A stretch of 64,000 bases of DNA from Candidatus Latescibacterota bacterium (GCA_965203805.1 OZ241917.1:4800001-4864000); one strand, 5' to 3'. Positions 10,462 through 21,314 are shown, counted from the stretch's first letter. A program made the numbers and translations. The notes: generated by a model not told the origin, from the sequence alone.

Positions 10462-11664
10462 ATGGGCGGCATGTTTCGTCACGTGCTGACCGACGTGGAA
10501 CGGGCGCTCTGGTCCGAATCCTGGTCCGTCGACGAGGATGCCCTGTCCCTCGGGACCGGATCCGCGTGGAGCGTGAGGAAGAGAACCCTTCAGGGGGGCC
10601 TTCAGGCGGGCGTCGACCTTATTGAAGTGGACAATGGCGTCTTCTCATTCTCTATCGTGCCGACACGCGGCATGGGAATCTGGAAGGGAGCCTACAGGGG
10701 CATCCCGATCGGATGGGATTCGCCGGTCCGCGAACTGGTCCATCCCGCGCACGTAGACGCCAACGATCGGGGCGGACTCGGCTGGCTGAAGGGCTTCAAC
10801 GAATGGATCGTTCGCTGCGGCCTGGAAAGCAACGGCGCGCCCACGAACGACGTGATCATCGACAATAACGGAAATGAAGCCACGGTATTTCTCCCATTGC
10901 ATGGGAAGATAGCAAACGTCCCTGCGCGTTTGGTGGAGGTATGTGTCGACCTGGCCCCACCGCATCGCATCACGGTTACGGGCGTTGTCGATGAAGCGAT
11001 GATGTTCGGTCCGGCGTTGCGGTTGACTACCCGTATATCCACGGTCCCGGGCGCAAACTGTTTCACGATTTCAGACCGGATTACCAACCTTAATGACAGG
11101 CCGGCCGAAATGCAGATGCTGTACCACTGCAACTACGGCCCCCCGTTGCTGGAAGAGGGCAGCGCTCTCGTGGCCCCAGCAAGGTCCGTATCGCCCAGAG
11201 ACGCCCGGGCGCAGAAGGATGCGTCCGCGCACGACAAGTTCGGCGCGCCGGAATCCGGGTTCGTCGAACAGGTCTATTTTTACGAATTGGCAGGAAAGCG
11301 GGGCAGCGGTCAGACGGTCGTGCTGCTCAAGAACGCCAGGGGAGACCTGGGGTCCAGCCTGCACTGCTCGCTCAAGCAACTGCCCTGCTTTACGCTCTGG
11401 AAAAACACGGCCGCGACCGAAGACGGATACGTCACCGGTCTGGAACCGGCGACCAACTACCCCAATCCCAAACCATTCGAGCGCAAGCATGGCCGTGTGC
11501 CGATGCTGGAAGCCGGCGAGACCCGTCGTATGGACCTTACGGTTGCCGTCCACGACAGCAGGAAGAAGGTCCGAACCGTGGAACGGGCCATCAAGCAGAT
11601 CCAGAAAACAGTGAAATCCAGAGTCTCCCGGACGCCCCTCAAAACGTTGTCCGATGCGGGTTAA
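10462..11664 (+). CDS. Aldose 1-epimerase-like protein (DUF4432 type)
   Basis: PTRGMGI, LHG.IAN, LYH.N.G and GLEPAT.YP motifs; AAGGAG RBS. Confidence 0.8.
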   Translation: MGGMFRHVLTDVERALWSESWSVDEDALSLGTGSAWSVRKRTLQGGLQAGVDLIEVDNGVFSFSIVPTRGMGIWKGAYRGIPIGWDSPVRELVHPAHVDANDRGGLGWLKGFNEWIVRCGLESNGAPTNDVIIDNNGNEATVFLPLHGKIANVPARLVEVCVDLAPPHRITVTGVVDEAMMFGPALRLTTRISTVPGANCFTISDRITNLNDRPAEMQMLYHCNYGPPLLEEGSALVAPARSVSPRDARAQKDASAHDKFGAPESGFVEQVYFYELAGKRGSGQTVVLLKNARGDLGSSLHCSLKQLPCFTLWKNTAATEDGYVTGLEPATNYPNPKPFERKHGRVPMLEAGETRRMDLTVAVHDSRKKVRTVERAIKQIQKTVKSRVSRTPLKTLSDAG

Positions 11665-11763
11665 AGCCGCAACATACCTGCGTTTCGGGAAACGGTCCCG
11701 GGGCGCGATTACGGTGACGGCGCCGGCGGCATCCGCAAGCCGTCAGATGGAATCAGCGAAAGG

Positions 11764-14700
11764 ATGACATTCGTGATTTCCACACCAACTTTCCAGGAGC
11801 TCATTCTTCGCCTCGAGCGCTACTGGGCGGACCGGGGTTGCGTCATCTGGCAGCCTTACAATGAAAAGGTGGGCGCCGGGACGATGAACCCCGCCACGGT
11901 CCTTCGTGTGCTCGGTCCGGAGTCCTGGAACGTGGCATACGTTGAACCCAGCTTCCGTCCGGACGACGGAAGATTCGGCGAGAACCCGAACCGGATGCAG
12001 ATGCACACGCAGTACCAGGTTATTCTCAAACCCGAGCCGGGCAACCCCCAGGAACTTTATCTGGATAGCCTGGAAGCGTTGGGTCTGGATCGGCGGCAGC
12101 ACGACATCCGTTTTGTGGAAGACAACTGGGAACAGCCCGCACTGGGCGCGTGGGGCCTGGGGTGGGAGGTCTGGCTCGACGGCCTGGAAATCACCCAGTT
12201 CACCTATTTCCAGCAGGCCGGAGGCCTGTCCCTGGACCCGGTGCCGGTCGAAATCACCTACGGAATGGAACGTATCGCAATGTATGTGCAGGATGTGCGC
12301 GAAGTCTGGCAGCTTCAATGGAACGAACAGGTCTCCTACGGCGACATTCTCAGACTGCAGGAAGTGGAATATTGCAACTATGAGTTCCACTCAGCTAACG
12401 TGGAACGTCTGCATACCATGTTCAGACTCTTCCATGACGAAGCCGCCGCCGCCATAGACCGCGGTCTTGTCATTCCCGCCCATGACTACGTGTTGCGGTG
12501 CTCTCACACCTTCAACCTGCTGGACACCCGCGGAGCCGTTGGCGTTACCGAGCGTGCGCGGTACTTCGCGCAGATCCGAGGACTCGCCACACAGGTGGCC
12601 GAAGGGTTCGCGCGACAGCGCGAAGCGACCGGGCACCCCCTCAAAAGGAAGACCGGAGCCGCGACTGCACCGAATGCGGTACCGGGCGCTGAACCGCTGG
12701 AGCGCGCCGACCTGCTGCTGGAGATCGGATCCGAGGAACTCCCGCCTCAGGACGTACGGTCGGGGATCGAACAGCTCGACGCGTCACTGCCCGAGCTTCT
12801 TCAGGAGCAGAGGCTGGAATATGACGACGTCCAAATAACCGGTACGCCCAGACGGCTTGTGGCCAGCGTCAGGAATCTCATTGGCCGGCAGCCAGACCGC
12901 AAACGCGAAGTACGCGGACCGGCCGTGAAGGCCGCTTACGACGACGAAGGAAACCCCACACGCGCCCTCGAGGGATTCTGCCGCGGCCAGGGCATCTCTC
13001 CAGGATCGGTGGAACACAGGCAAGACGACAAGGGAATCGAATACGTCTATGCCCGCCGTCACGAGCCCGGACGCCAAACACAGGAAATCCTGTCGGAAGT
13101 CCTTCCCGGACTGATTGCCGGCCTGAACTTTCCGAAAACAATGCGTTGGGACTCCGACGGCATCGCCTATCCCCGACCTCTACGCTGGATTGTCGCCCTG
13201 TTTGGAAACCGGATTGTCCCGTTTCCCTTCGCCCGGATCCGGAGTGGACGTGCCAGCCGCGGCCTCAGGCCCGCGGGCGATCCGCCAATCCAGGTGGAAT
13301 CCGCGGAAACCTATCATCCGCAAATGAAAGAACACGGCGTGATCGTCGACCGAGACCGGCGAAGAAAAGCCATCTGGAAGCAGGTCCTTGAAGAGGCGCG
13401 GGCGGCAGGCGGCAACGTAAGGGTAGATCCCGATCTGCTCGACGAAGTCACCGACCTGGTCGAGGCGCCGTTCGCGCTTTGCGGCGGCTTCGATGAAACC
13501 CACCTTGAACTGCCGCAGGAGGTCCTGGGCACCGTACTCAGGACATACCAGCGTTACTTCCCCATCGTACACCCGGATACCGGCCGGCTGTTACCCAGGT
13601 TCGTCGCCGTATCCAACGGCAAGCCGACGGATCCAGGCCCCGTCGTTCGCGGGAACGAGAATGTCGTTCGCGCCAGATTTGCGGACGCCGCCTTTTTCTA
13701 CAGGGAAGACGGTCGAAAACCCCTGGAAGACTACCTGCCACGGCTGGATACGCTTACCTACCAGGACGACCTTGGATCGGTCAGGGACAAGAGTGCGCGA
13801 ATCGAACAGCTTGTTTCCGTGGTTGCGCCGGAACTGGGGCTGACGGACGGTGGCACGAGCACGGCAGAGCGAGCGGCCCGGCTTTGCAAAGCCGATCTGG
13901 CCACCGGAATGGTTGTGGAGATGACGTCCCTTCAGGGTGTGATGGGGCGCTACTATGCCCTGTTGTCCAAAGAGACAGACGAAGTGGCCCTGGCCATTCA
14001 GGAACACTATCTTCCCCGGTTTCCCGGGGATATGCTGCCTGCAGGCGAATCCGGATTTGCGGTTTCCGTCGCCGACCGGCTGGACAGCCTGGCCGGCCTG
14101 TTCTGTGCCGGTATCAAGCCACGGTCCACCGCCGATCCCTACGGACTGAGGCGCGACGCGCTGGGCCTCCTCGCGTTGCTCATCGGGAAACGCCGCCACT
14201 TCTCCCTCAAGAAGGGCCTGGAGGCCGCGGCGTCGGGCCTCCCTGTCCGGATCGATGCAGATCGATTGAACGACGCATATGCGTTCATCCTGCGGCGCCT
14301 TGGCGTACAGTTGAAAGAGGAAGGCTTTCGCCACGACGTGGTCGAAGCGGCCCTTGGCGGCGGCTGCGACGATCCTTTCGGCCTTCGCAACATCGTTGAA
14401 GGCCTCGATCGAATGGTCCGTTCGGAAAATTGGACGGAAACGCTTCATGCGTACGCGCGCTGCAGACGCATTGTCCGCGACCTGGATGAAATCCATCCAT
14501 TGAATATAGACGCGGATCCGGCCCCGGCTTCCCGCAGCCTTCTCGAAAAGTGGCGGGACGCCCGCAACGTGATGGATGGCTGTGATGCCGGGATCGACAG
14601 GCTGGAAAGCGTGCTTGCCGATATGCGCGGGCCGATCAACACCTTCTTCGATGAAGTCATGGTGATGGATGAAGATCCGGTCCTGCGGGCGGCGCGCCTG

Positions 14701-14769
14701 GCGCTGGTGCAGCGTATCGCCTCTCTCGCCGACGGCGTTGCGGACCTGGGCAGGCTGGAGGGGTTTTAA
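11764..14769 (+). CDS. glyQS: Fused glycine--tRNA ligase alpha/beta
   Basis: GlyQ motifs ([33 protein letters not shown]) in frame with GlyS motifs ([25 protein letters not shown]). Confidence 0.95.
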   Translation: MTFVISTPTFQELILRLERYWADRGCVIWQPYNEKVGAGTMNPATVLRVLGPESWNVAYVEPSFRPDDGRFGENPNRMQMHTQYQVILKPEPGNPQELYLDSLEALGLDRRQHDIRFVEDNWEQPALGAWGLGWEVWLDGLEITQFTYFQQAGGLSLDPVPVEITYGMERIAMYVQDVREVWQLQWNEQVSYGDILRLQEVEYCNYEFHSANVERLHTMFRLFHDEAAAAIDRGLVIPAHDYVLRCSHTFNLLDTRGAVGVTERARYFAQIRGLATQVAEGFARQREATGHPLKRKTGAATAPNAVPGAEPLERADLLLEIGSEELPPQDVRSGIEQLDASLPELLQEQRLEYDDVQITGTPRRLVASVRNLIGRQPDRKREVRGPAVKAAYDDEGNPTRALEGFCRGQGISPGSVEHRQDDKGIEYVYARRHEPGRQTQEILSEVLPGLIAGLNFPKTMRWDSDGIAYPRPLRWIVALFGNRIVPFPFARIRSGRASRGLRPAGDPPIQVESAETYHPQMKEHGVIVDRDRRRKAIWKQVLEEARAAGGNVRVDPDLLDEVTDLVEAPFALCGGFDETHLELPQEVLGTVLRTYQRYFPIVHPDTGRLLPRFVAVSNGKPTDPGPVVRGNENVVRARFADAAFFYREDGRKPLEDYLPRLDTLTYQDDLGSVRDKSARIEQLVSVVAPELGLTDGGTSTAERAARLCKADLATGMVVEMTSLQGVMGRYYALLSKETDEVALAIQEHYLPRFPGDMLPAGESGFAVSVADRLDSLAGLFCAGIKPRSTADPYGLRRDALGLLALLIGKRRHFSLKKGLEAAASGLPVRIDADRLNDAYAFILRRLGVQLKEEGFRHDVVEAALGGGCDDPFGLRNIVEGLDRMVRSENWTETLHAYARCRRIVRDLDEIHPLNIDADPAPASRSLLEKWRDARNVMDGCDAGIDRLESVLADMRGPINTFFDEVMVMDEDPVLRAARLALVQRIASLADGVADLGRLEGF

Positions 14770-14782
14770 GTCTACTACCATT

Positions 14783-15370
14783 ATGCCCATGCGCATCGTC
14801 ACGGGAAAACTCAAAGGCCGGACCATCCCGTTTGACGTCAGGAAATACGGTCGTGCCCGCGTAACGCCGGGGAGGGTCAAGGAGGCCGCGTTTACCGTTC
14901 TGGGCGCCCGCCTCGACCAACTTCATTTTCTCGATCTCTTTTCCTGTTCCGGGCAGATCGGCCTCGAGGCGTACAGCCGCGGGGCCCGGGTGCTTCTGAA
15001 CGAACCTGATCGTCGCCGGCGCCGCTTTATTTCGAGGCTGCTGAAAGACTGGGGTGTGGATCAACAGATCCGGCTGCTGGATCAGCCGGCGGAGACACTA
15101 CTGCCGCTCCTGGAGTCGGAACAGCGGCACTTTGACGTGATTTACCTGGATCCGCCGTACCGGCTGCAAATGGACGGCGTTCCGTTCGCCCTCGCCATCC
15201 TTGCCCGCCTGAGCGGCTCGATGCTCGTAGCTCCGTCGGGCCATGTCCTCATACAACACGTCGCGGAACTGGAGTTGCCCGTTGCGGTACGGGCTCTTGC
15301 GTTGCGCATTCGGAAGAACTACGGCAGTACTTCATTATCGGTGTACCAGAGGGTGGACCGCGGCGAGTAG
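14783..15370 (+). CDS. rsmD: 16S rRNA m2G966 methyltransferase RsmD-like
   Basis: MRIV.G..KGR, LDLFS.SG.IG.EA.SRGA and DPPY motifs. Confidence 0.85.
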   Translation: MPMRIVTGKLKGRTIPFDVRKYGRARVTPGRVKEAAFTVLGARLDQLHFLDLFSCSGQIGLEAYSRGARVLLNEPDRRRRRFISRLLKDWGVDQQIRLLDQPAETLLPLLESEQRHFDVIYLDPPYRLQMDGVPFALAILARLSGSMLVAPSGHVLIQHVAELELPVAVRALALRIRKNYGSTSLSVYQRVDRGE

Positions 15371-15391
15371 GCCTCAATCCGAAATATCCAT

Positions 15392-15420
15392 TTGCTTTGG
15401 TACGCCAACGTACGTATTTT
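15392..15420 (+). promoter_or_regulatory. Putative sigma70 promoter with a palindrome in the spacer
   Basis: TTGCTT-N17-TATTTT; the spacer contains GTACG-CCAA-CGTAC. Confidence 0.4.
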
Positions 15421-15458
15421 TCAGGTATCCAACCCCTATTCCGAAAGGAGTCGACCGC

Positions 15459-15737
15459 ATGGATACGATGCACGAGTCTATGGAATTCCGCCCCCGCGGC
15501 CGAACGCTTGCCATGGGCGGTATCCCCTGGCTGCCGCGGATCACGGACAAAGCCCGGGCCATGCTGCGCAACAATATCGGCGACTACGTCTACCCCTGAC
15601 CCGCCGACCAGAAGTTCCTGGAGGAACTCGGCATACCGGCAGAAAAGTTTACCCGAATCGTCTCGGAGTGCAAACTGGACGAGGAAGTCATCGAACGCGT
15701 CCGCCCCTATTTCGAGAAGTCCCGAAGTCGCCGATAA
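15459..15737 (+). CDS. DUF5069-like small protein with in-frame TGA (candidate selenocysteine at codon 47)
   Basis: AAGGAG RBS; reads ...GGIPWLPRITDKARAMLRNNIGDYVYP-TGA-PADQKFLEELGIPAEKF...SRR-TAA. The TGA at 15597-15599 aligns with the Cys of the family's Y.YPCP.D..FL motif. Confidence 0.8.
15603..15632 (+). promoter_or_regulatory. Putative bacterial SECIS element
   Basis: GCCGA-ccagaa-GTTCC-TGGA-GGAAC-TCGGC; the apical loop starts 19 nt after the TGA and has G at its 2nd position. Confidence 0.65.
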
Positions 15738-15744
15738 AACAGGA

Positions 15745-15782
15745 AAGCCGCCACGCGTTGCGCGGCGGCTTCGCACTTTTTT
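15745..15782 (+). terminator. Intrinsic terminator after the read-through stop
   Basis: AAGCCGCC..CGC..GCG..GGCGGCTT hairpin followed by a T run; lies after TAA 15735-15737, not after the TGA. Confidence 0.6.
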
Positions 15783-15797
15783 CTAACAATCTGAACG

Positions 15798-16733
15798 CTA
15801 ACGCCTCCCGCCTTCCGGCAATGCCTGCCTGGCCAGCGCCCTGATCTCGCCTGACCCCATCCGAAGCAATCCATCGATCCCGATCAAGTCGGCCGCGACG
15901 AGTTGCGGACATTCCTGGGCAGCCAGATCGTATGCTTCTTCGACATCGTAGTTGACCCCTCTGTACCTGTAGAGATGGCCCAGGCTGTCCAGCTGTCCAC
16001 TGCGTCTCAGCGAATTCGTGACACCCATCTTGAAGTAATATAACTGCCGGTCTCTCCTGTCTCCCCACCTCAAGGTATCCGGCTCCGGGACATCCGCCAT
16101 CGATCGGTCGAGTTCCGCCTGAAAGGCGTCGATCTGGCCGTCGACTATCTCCAGCAGCCCTCGAAGGACTTCCCTGCGAGCAGCTTCTCTTTCGTCCTGA
16201 AGCATATCCTGCAGCACCAGCGCTGCTTTTCCATAAAACACGTAACGTTCGCGCTTCCCCTCTCCGAACAGATCCATTTCAATAGCTTCGGCCTTTCGCG
16301 CCAGGGCCTCCAGGTCAAGGTAATCGTCGCCAACGCCGGCATAGTCGTCGTCCCCGCGCGCTACCTGAATGCCCACCAGAAAGGCCCGCTCGACAATATG
16401 CATCATATTTTCAGCCGAATCGAATATCCGCAATTTCCCGGACGTTCTTCTTTCCGTGCGTACCGGATCCGCGCCAGGTGTAAACCCCCGTCCGACCAGT
16501 ACCTGCTCGGCCTCTATTCCCAGACGGCCGAGCAGTTCACGGAGCACGCCGCTCAATACGGGTTGCCCCGCGGTCGGCAGGAATTCCCCCCGGCCTTCCA
16601 CGACGAGGTCCGCCATCTCGGACGCCAGCGCTTCGTCTCCCTCGGGATCGGCAATCTTTCGCCCGTCCCGTGCACGCGTCAGGCGGAAGACAATCACGAA
16701 TATCAACAGGACAGCCACGACGACATAGACCAT
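15798..16733 (-). CDS. Hypothetical N-terminally membrane-anchored protein
   Basis: 311-aa ORF with GGAGGA RBS and an N-terminal hydrophobic helix; no family recognised. Confidence 0.7.
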   Translation of the reverse strand: MVYVVVAVLLIFVIVFRLTRARDGRKIADPEGDEALASEMADLVVEGRGEFLPTAGQPVLSGVLRELLGRLGIEAEQVLVGRGFTPGADPVRTERRTSGKLRIFDSAENMMHIVERAFLVGIQVARGDDDYAGVGDDYLDLEALARKAEAIEMDLFGEGKRERYVFYGKAALVLQDMLQDEREAARREVLRGLLEIVDGQIDAFQAELDRSMADVPEPDTLRWGDRRDRQLYYFKMGVTNSLRRSGQLDSLGHLYRYRGVNYDVEEAYDLAAQECPQLVAADLIGIDGLLRMGSGEIRALARQALPEGGRR

Positions 16734-16861
16734 TTCCGGCGAATTCCTCCTATCTGTTCAACCTGCCCGTCGGAAGACAATTGGCAGGAAAATTGATACG
16801 TTGAAAAAAGGCAGGGAGACGTATTCTGTCCGTTCGATTCCAATAGTGGTATTGCCCGGTA

Positions 16862-18559
16862 CTACGCGCGGAACAGTTCTCCCATGCGCCGGCCCAGGAA
16901 CCGTCCGGCCAGAAAGAGGCTGAGCATGAGAAGCAGCATTCCGAGCATGCCCATTGCGCTGGCAATATACGGGCCATCCGCAATTCTGCCCATCAGCGCG
17001 TAGATTGCTTTGGTGATCGGGTAATATTGCGCCTTCAACGCAAGAATCAGACTGTCGCTGACCTCCAGCATCGCGAAAGAAAAACAGAGAATGGACCCGG
17101 CGACCAGATTCGCCAGAATAAGCGGGAACGTGATCTGCAATGTCGTCCGCAGGGGTGAGGCGCCTACGTTCCGGGCGGCCTCCTCGAGGGCGACGCTCGT
17201 TTGCTGGAATCCGGCGTAGGCCGATCTGACCATATATGGCAGCCGTCGCACGGCGTACGCGATGACAAGCAACGGCACGGGATTGTGTCTTGCATCCAGA
17301 AAGGTTCCGGAAAACCCGGCCAGATATCCGAAGGCCAGCACCGGGCCCGGCAGGGCCAGGGGCAGCATTGCTACCGTATCCAGCGCGCCCCTTCCGGGGA
17401 TGCGGGTCCGGGCAAGGAGCCAGGCGATCGCGATGCCGAGTACCACATCGCAGATTGTGCTGAGTGTACTCAACATCAGGCTCATTGTGACGCTGGGGCC
17501 GGCGATCGGATGCCGATAAACCAGCGGGTAGTATCTGCCGGTAATTTCCTGGGGCCAGATCGACATGAACCAGCGTTCGGAGATCGAAGTCAGCAAGACA
17601 CTCAGGTGAGGGATCAGCGCGATGGCCGTCAACGAAATCATGAGTGCGTAGATGAACGCGGTCATCCTGGCCGATGCCCGGCGGCTCGAGGATCCAACGT
17701 GTCCACGCGCGACCATTTCGTACCGCTTTCCGCCCATCAAGAGTTTGGAGAGGCAGAAAAACAGCACGGTCAGCAATAGCAGGAAAACCACAAGCGCGTA
17801 CGCCATGGGGTTCTCGTTGATGTCCGATATTGCATTGAAGATCTCGACCATAACCACCTGACGGTAGTTGAAAATCAGCGGTGTTCCCAGGTCCGTAAAT
17901 GCCCAGATGAAGACAATGATCGCGCCGGCGAAATATCCGGGCAACATCAGTGGAAACGTAACGGTTCGAAACAGCCTGAAACCGCGGGCGCCCATATTGC
18001 GGGCGGCCTCCTCGAGGCTGGGGTCAATATTCGCCAGCGCCGCCGCCACGTTCAGGAACATGATGGGATAAAGGTGCAACACCTGCAGAATGACCACTCC
18101 CGCGAAGCCGCCCCCGAACCAATCGACCGGTTGGTCGACGATTCCCAGTTCGAGCAACAACAGATTGATGGATCCGAATCGGGCGAACATCTGCTTCATC
18201 CCGATCGCGCCCACGAATGGCGGCAGGACCATGGGCACCAGGATCAGACCGTTGAGGACGTTTTTCCCCCTGAAGTCATACCGTACCAACAGGAACGCGA
18301 CAGGCAGGCTCAGGAGCGTCGTTGCGACCGTCGTGAACATGCCCAGACGAAAACTGTTCAGGATCATTTCTCTATAAACCGGATTGCCTGCCATCAACTC
18401 GAAGAATACGAGCGAGAGTTCTCCGTTCACCCACAGGGCACGCACAACGGCATACCAGAGCGGATAGAACAGGAAGCAGACGAAAAAGGCAAACAATCCC
18501 GCCAGAAACAGGATCCTTGGGCCGTTCAGGTCGTATCGATCAAGAAGCGCTGTCTTCAC
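16862..18559 (-). CDS. ABC transporter permease (FbpB-like, two BPD_transp_1 units)
   Basis: Two EAA loops (EEAARNMGA, EEAARNVGA); multi-TM. Confidence 0.9.
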   Translation of the reverse strand: MKTALLDRYDLNGPRILFLAGLFAFFVCFLFYPLWYAVVRALWVNGELSLVFFELMAGNPVYREMILNSFRLGMFTTVATTLLSLPVAFLLVRYDFRGKNVLNGLILVPMVLPPFVGAIGMKQMFARFGSINLLLLELGIVDQPVDWFGGGFAGVVILQVLHLYPIMFLNVAAALANIDPSLEEAARNMGARGFRLFRTVTFPLMLPGYFAGAIIVFIWAFTDLGTPLIFNYRQVVMVEIFNAISDINENPMAYALVVFLLLLTVLFFCLSKLLMGGKRYEMVARGHVGSSSRRASARMTAFIYALMISLTAIALIPHLSVLLTSISERWFMSIWPQEITGRYYPLVYRHPIAGPSVTMSLMLSTLSTICDVVLGIAIAWLLARTRIPGRGALDTVAMLPLALPGPVLAFGYLAGFSGTFLDARHNPVPLLVIAYAVRRLPYMVRSAYAGFQQTSVALEEAARNVGASPLRTTLQITFPLILANLVAGSILCFSFAMLEVSDSLILALKAQYYPITKAIYALMGRIADGPYIASAMGMLGMLLLMLSLFLAGRFLGRRMGELFRA

Positions 18560-19631
18560 CGTCGTCCTTCAGTATTGTAATCGCGTCCTGAGCGAACCGG
18601 ATGCTTACAAGATCGTCAGGAGATGCTTTCTGAACCAGCGGATGGCCGTCGGCCAGTTTCACCTGCGTCCCGCCGGGCAGGTCCAGGACATACTGTTCCG
18701 TTTCGCCCAGATAGACCGTGTCCCGGATCGTTCCAGTGACGACATGGTCTGCCTCGCCCGGCCGCCCTTCGAGGAAATCCATGGCTTCCGGACGGATGGC
18801 GCATAGCACGCGGTCTTCTCTCCGGATGCCGTCGTAGCCCTGCCGGCCGTACAGAATCCCGATGGGCGTCTCCACCCCGATCTTCTCGCCCAACTGAACG
18901 ACCCTTCCCGAAATCAGATTGATTTCGCCAATGAAATCCGCGACAAACCGGTTGGCCGGCTGTGAATACAATGTCCTTGGCGCCCCGGACTGCACGACGC
19001 GCCCCGCGTTCATCACGGCGATGCGGTCGGCCATCGCAAGCGCCTCTTTCTGATCATGCGTCACGTAAATCATGGTAATGCCAAGGCTTCGATGGAGTGC
19101 CTGGATCTGCTCGCGCATCTCCAGCCGCAGACGGGCATCGAGATTTGAGAGCGGTTCGTCCAGCAAGACCACGTCGGGTTCAATTACCAGGGCCCGTGCC
19201 AGCGCCACCCGCTGCTGCTGTCCGCCCGATAACTGGTTCGGGGACCGGTCCCGGTAGGCTTCCATCCGGACCATCTGTAACGCCCGATGGATCCGTTCAG
19301 TGCGTTTCCCATGGGTAACGTTGCGCATGGAAAGACCATACTCCACGTTTTGCCAGACCGTCATATGCGGCCACAGGGCGTAGTTCTGAAAGACCATTCC
19401 CGTGTTGCGCTTTTCGGGCGGTACGTCGGTTACGTCCCGATCGTCAAAAAACACGCGCCCGCGTTCCGGCCTGTAGAATCCGGCGATCGTTCTCAACAGG
19501 GTGGTTTTGCCGCATCCGGAGGGCCCCAGCAGGAAGAAGAACTCGCCTTTTTCGATTTCCAGATCGACGCGCTCAACCGCGACGACGCTGCCGAATCGCT
19601 TTGCGACGTCTTTCAGACGAACACGCACCAT
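18540..19631 (-). CDS. ABC transporter ATPase (FbpC/PotA-like, TOBE domain)
   Basis: GPSGCGKT, LSGGQQQR, LLDEPLSNLD and YVTHDQ motifs. Confidence 0.93.
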   Translation of the reverse strand: MVRVRLKDVAKRFGSVVAVERVDLEIEKGEFFFLLGPSGCGKTTLLRTIAGFYRPERGRVFFDDRDVTDVPPEKRNTGMVFQNYALWPHMTVWQNVEYGLSMRNVTHGKRTERIHRALQMVRMEAYRDRSPNQLSGGQQQRVALARALVIEPDVVLLDEPLSNLDARLRLEMREQIQALHRSLGITMIYVTHDQKEALAMADRIAVMNAGRVVQSGAPRTLYSQPANRFVADFIGEINLISGRVVQLGEKIGVETPIGILYGRQGYDGIRREDRVLCAIRPEAMDFLEGRPGEADHVVTGTIRDTVYLGETEQYVLDLPGGTQVKLADGHPLVQKASPDDLVSIRFAQDAITILKDDGEDSAS

Positions 19632-19865
19632 GGATCGCCCTCACGTCAGGAATCAAACTTGATTCGTCACGCTTCGGTGACGTTAATTCGAAGTTACGCA
19701 GGTTGATAGAGGCGACTTGACGCCGGATTTCCAGGAACCTTCAGGTCGCTGGACTTGAACGGAGAAAATGTCCATCCGGATGACCGCTTCGGCCCATTTC
19801 GAAAGGTTTCGTCGCGGCGCCGCATTGCGGTTTCTGTTGAATTAAGGTTAAGGACTCCGGGAGAA

Positions 19866-21314
19866 TTACGACGCCCGCCTTCGCGAGAACGAAGAACCCC
19901 GCAGGACCGTTCGCGGCGAGACATTGGACAGGTGGAGCACCATGGCGACCGCGAGGCCCAACGGGAACAGGAGCGTCACCCAGTCCAGAAGGCGCGTTTG
20001 AAACGGTTGCGGGGCTTCGCCGTATTTGTCGCGGGCGAACTCGGTCCAGGACGCAAGGGTCTTGTTGCGCAGTTCCGAGTCCCGCCAGCGGGCGCCCAGC
20101 CGGACGCAGGCTTCCTCGCTGACAGGTACTGCAGAAAGCCGGCGAACAATCCCCGGAGTAATGCCTTGTCCGATCGCCGTCTTCCAGGCGCCTCGCAGTT
20201 GTTCGTGGGAATCGATTACCATCGCCCCGATCAGATCGTTCAGCACGCGCCACCGTGCGGAAGCCATTTCGGAGTCATAGACGAGATCCGACGTCCACTC
20301 GAACGGGTTCAACGAAACGGCCGCTTCGTTGGTATACCGCCGGTAAAGATCGGGCAAAACCGTAAACCGGTTCAACGCGGTTTCCGCGGGGCCGCCCGGT
20401 ACACCTTTCTTCAGAAACCATAGTTTTTGTCCCGCATCCGACATGACAAACTCTACGAATATCCGCGCCGCATGCAGGTTCGGCGCGCCTTTGAGGATTG
20501 CCAACCCGTCAGGATTGACGATGGTCAGATTGTCGGGCATCGTGAACCCGATATTATCCGCACCCACCTGGCTGACCTGGGCCCAGGCATAGAAGTCGAT
20601 GGATAGACCGTAGGCCACTTCGCCGGCGGCGACATCCTTGGGCGCCTGGGCGCCGCCGGAGGCGAAGTTTCGGACATTGGCTCCCAGTGTGGTAATGACC
20701 TCCCATCCCCGTTCCCAACCGTATGCCTGGAGGATCAACTCATAGGCCATATGTACGCTTCCGCTGCTGCGCGGATCGCCCGACCCGACCCACGAAAACA
20801 GCCCCGGATCTCCCAGATCGGCCCAGGTCCGCGGAAGCGGCAGATCCAGAAGCTCGAGTACCGCTCGGTTGAAGACAATGCCGAAACCCGCCAGGGTGGC
20901 GCCGTACCAGCGGCATCCGGGATCGTAAAGCGGCACGCCGCCGATTCTTCGAGGCAAACGATCCATTAGCTCGTCCGGAAGGCAATGGGCCGAGAACAAG
21001 CCCATGTCGGCAAGTTCCATAAATGGATCCATGCCGCCGCCGAAGAAGATATCGATTCCGACGCCTGCCGGGGCGCGGTTGAACTCCGACTTGATGTATC
21101 TCAGGATCGAACTCGTGCCGCCACCGACATCCAGCCATTCCAGGACGATCTCCTGCCCGGTCAGCCTGGCATAGTGCGACCTGAAGGCCGCCTCGAATTC
21201 GTTCTGCACGCCGTCCGGATGCGGCGAGATCAGCACCAGCCGGTCCGTCGCGGCCGTCGTGATGACGGGATTGAGGGTACAGAAAAAAATCAACGTCAGG
21301 ATTCGGATCTTCAC
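19866..21314 (-). CDS. ABC substrate-binding protein (Fe3+/thiamine/polyamine class) with C-terminal hydrophobic segment
   Basis: Signal peptide; DIFFGGG, DPRSSGS and P.TW.DL motifs; first gene of the ABC cluster. Confidence 0.85.
   Translation of the reverse strand: MKIRILTLIFFCTLNPVITTAATDRLVLISPHPDGVQNEFEAAFRSHYARLTGQEIVLEWLDVGGGTSSILRYIKSEFNRAPAGVGIDIFFGGGMDPFMELADMGLFSAHCLPDELMDRLPRRIGGVPLYDPGCRWYGATLAGFGIVFNRAVLELLDLPLPRTWADLGDPGLFSWVGSGDPRSSGSVHMAYELILQAYGWERGWEVITTLGANVRNFASGGAQAPKDVAAGEVAYGLSIDFYAWAQVSQVGADNIGFTMPDNLTIVNPDGLAILKGAPNLHAARIFVEFVMSDAGQKLWFLKKGVPGGPAETALNRFTVLPDLYRRYTNEAAVSLNPFEWTSDLVYDSEMASARWRVLNDLIGAMVIDSHEQLRGAWKTAIGQGITPGIVRRLSAVPVSEEACVRLGARWRDSELRNKTLASWTEFARDKYGEAPQPFQTRLLDWVTLLFPLGLAVAMVLHLSNVSPRTVLRGSSFSRRRAS

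Noticed and set aside
15243-15599. The ORF-track call ending at TGA 15599 as the real gene
   Set aside because: Its 5' part overlaps rsmD; the RBS supports ATG 15459 and family similarity continues past the TGA
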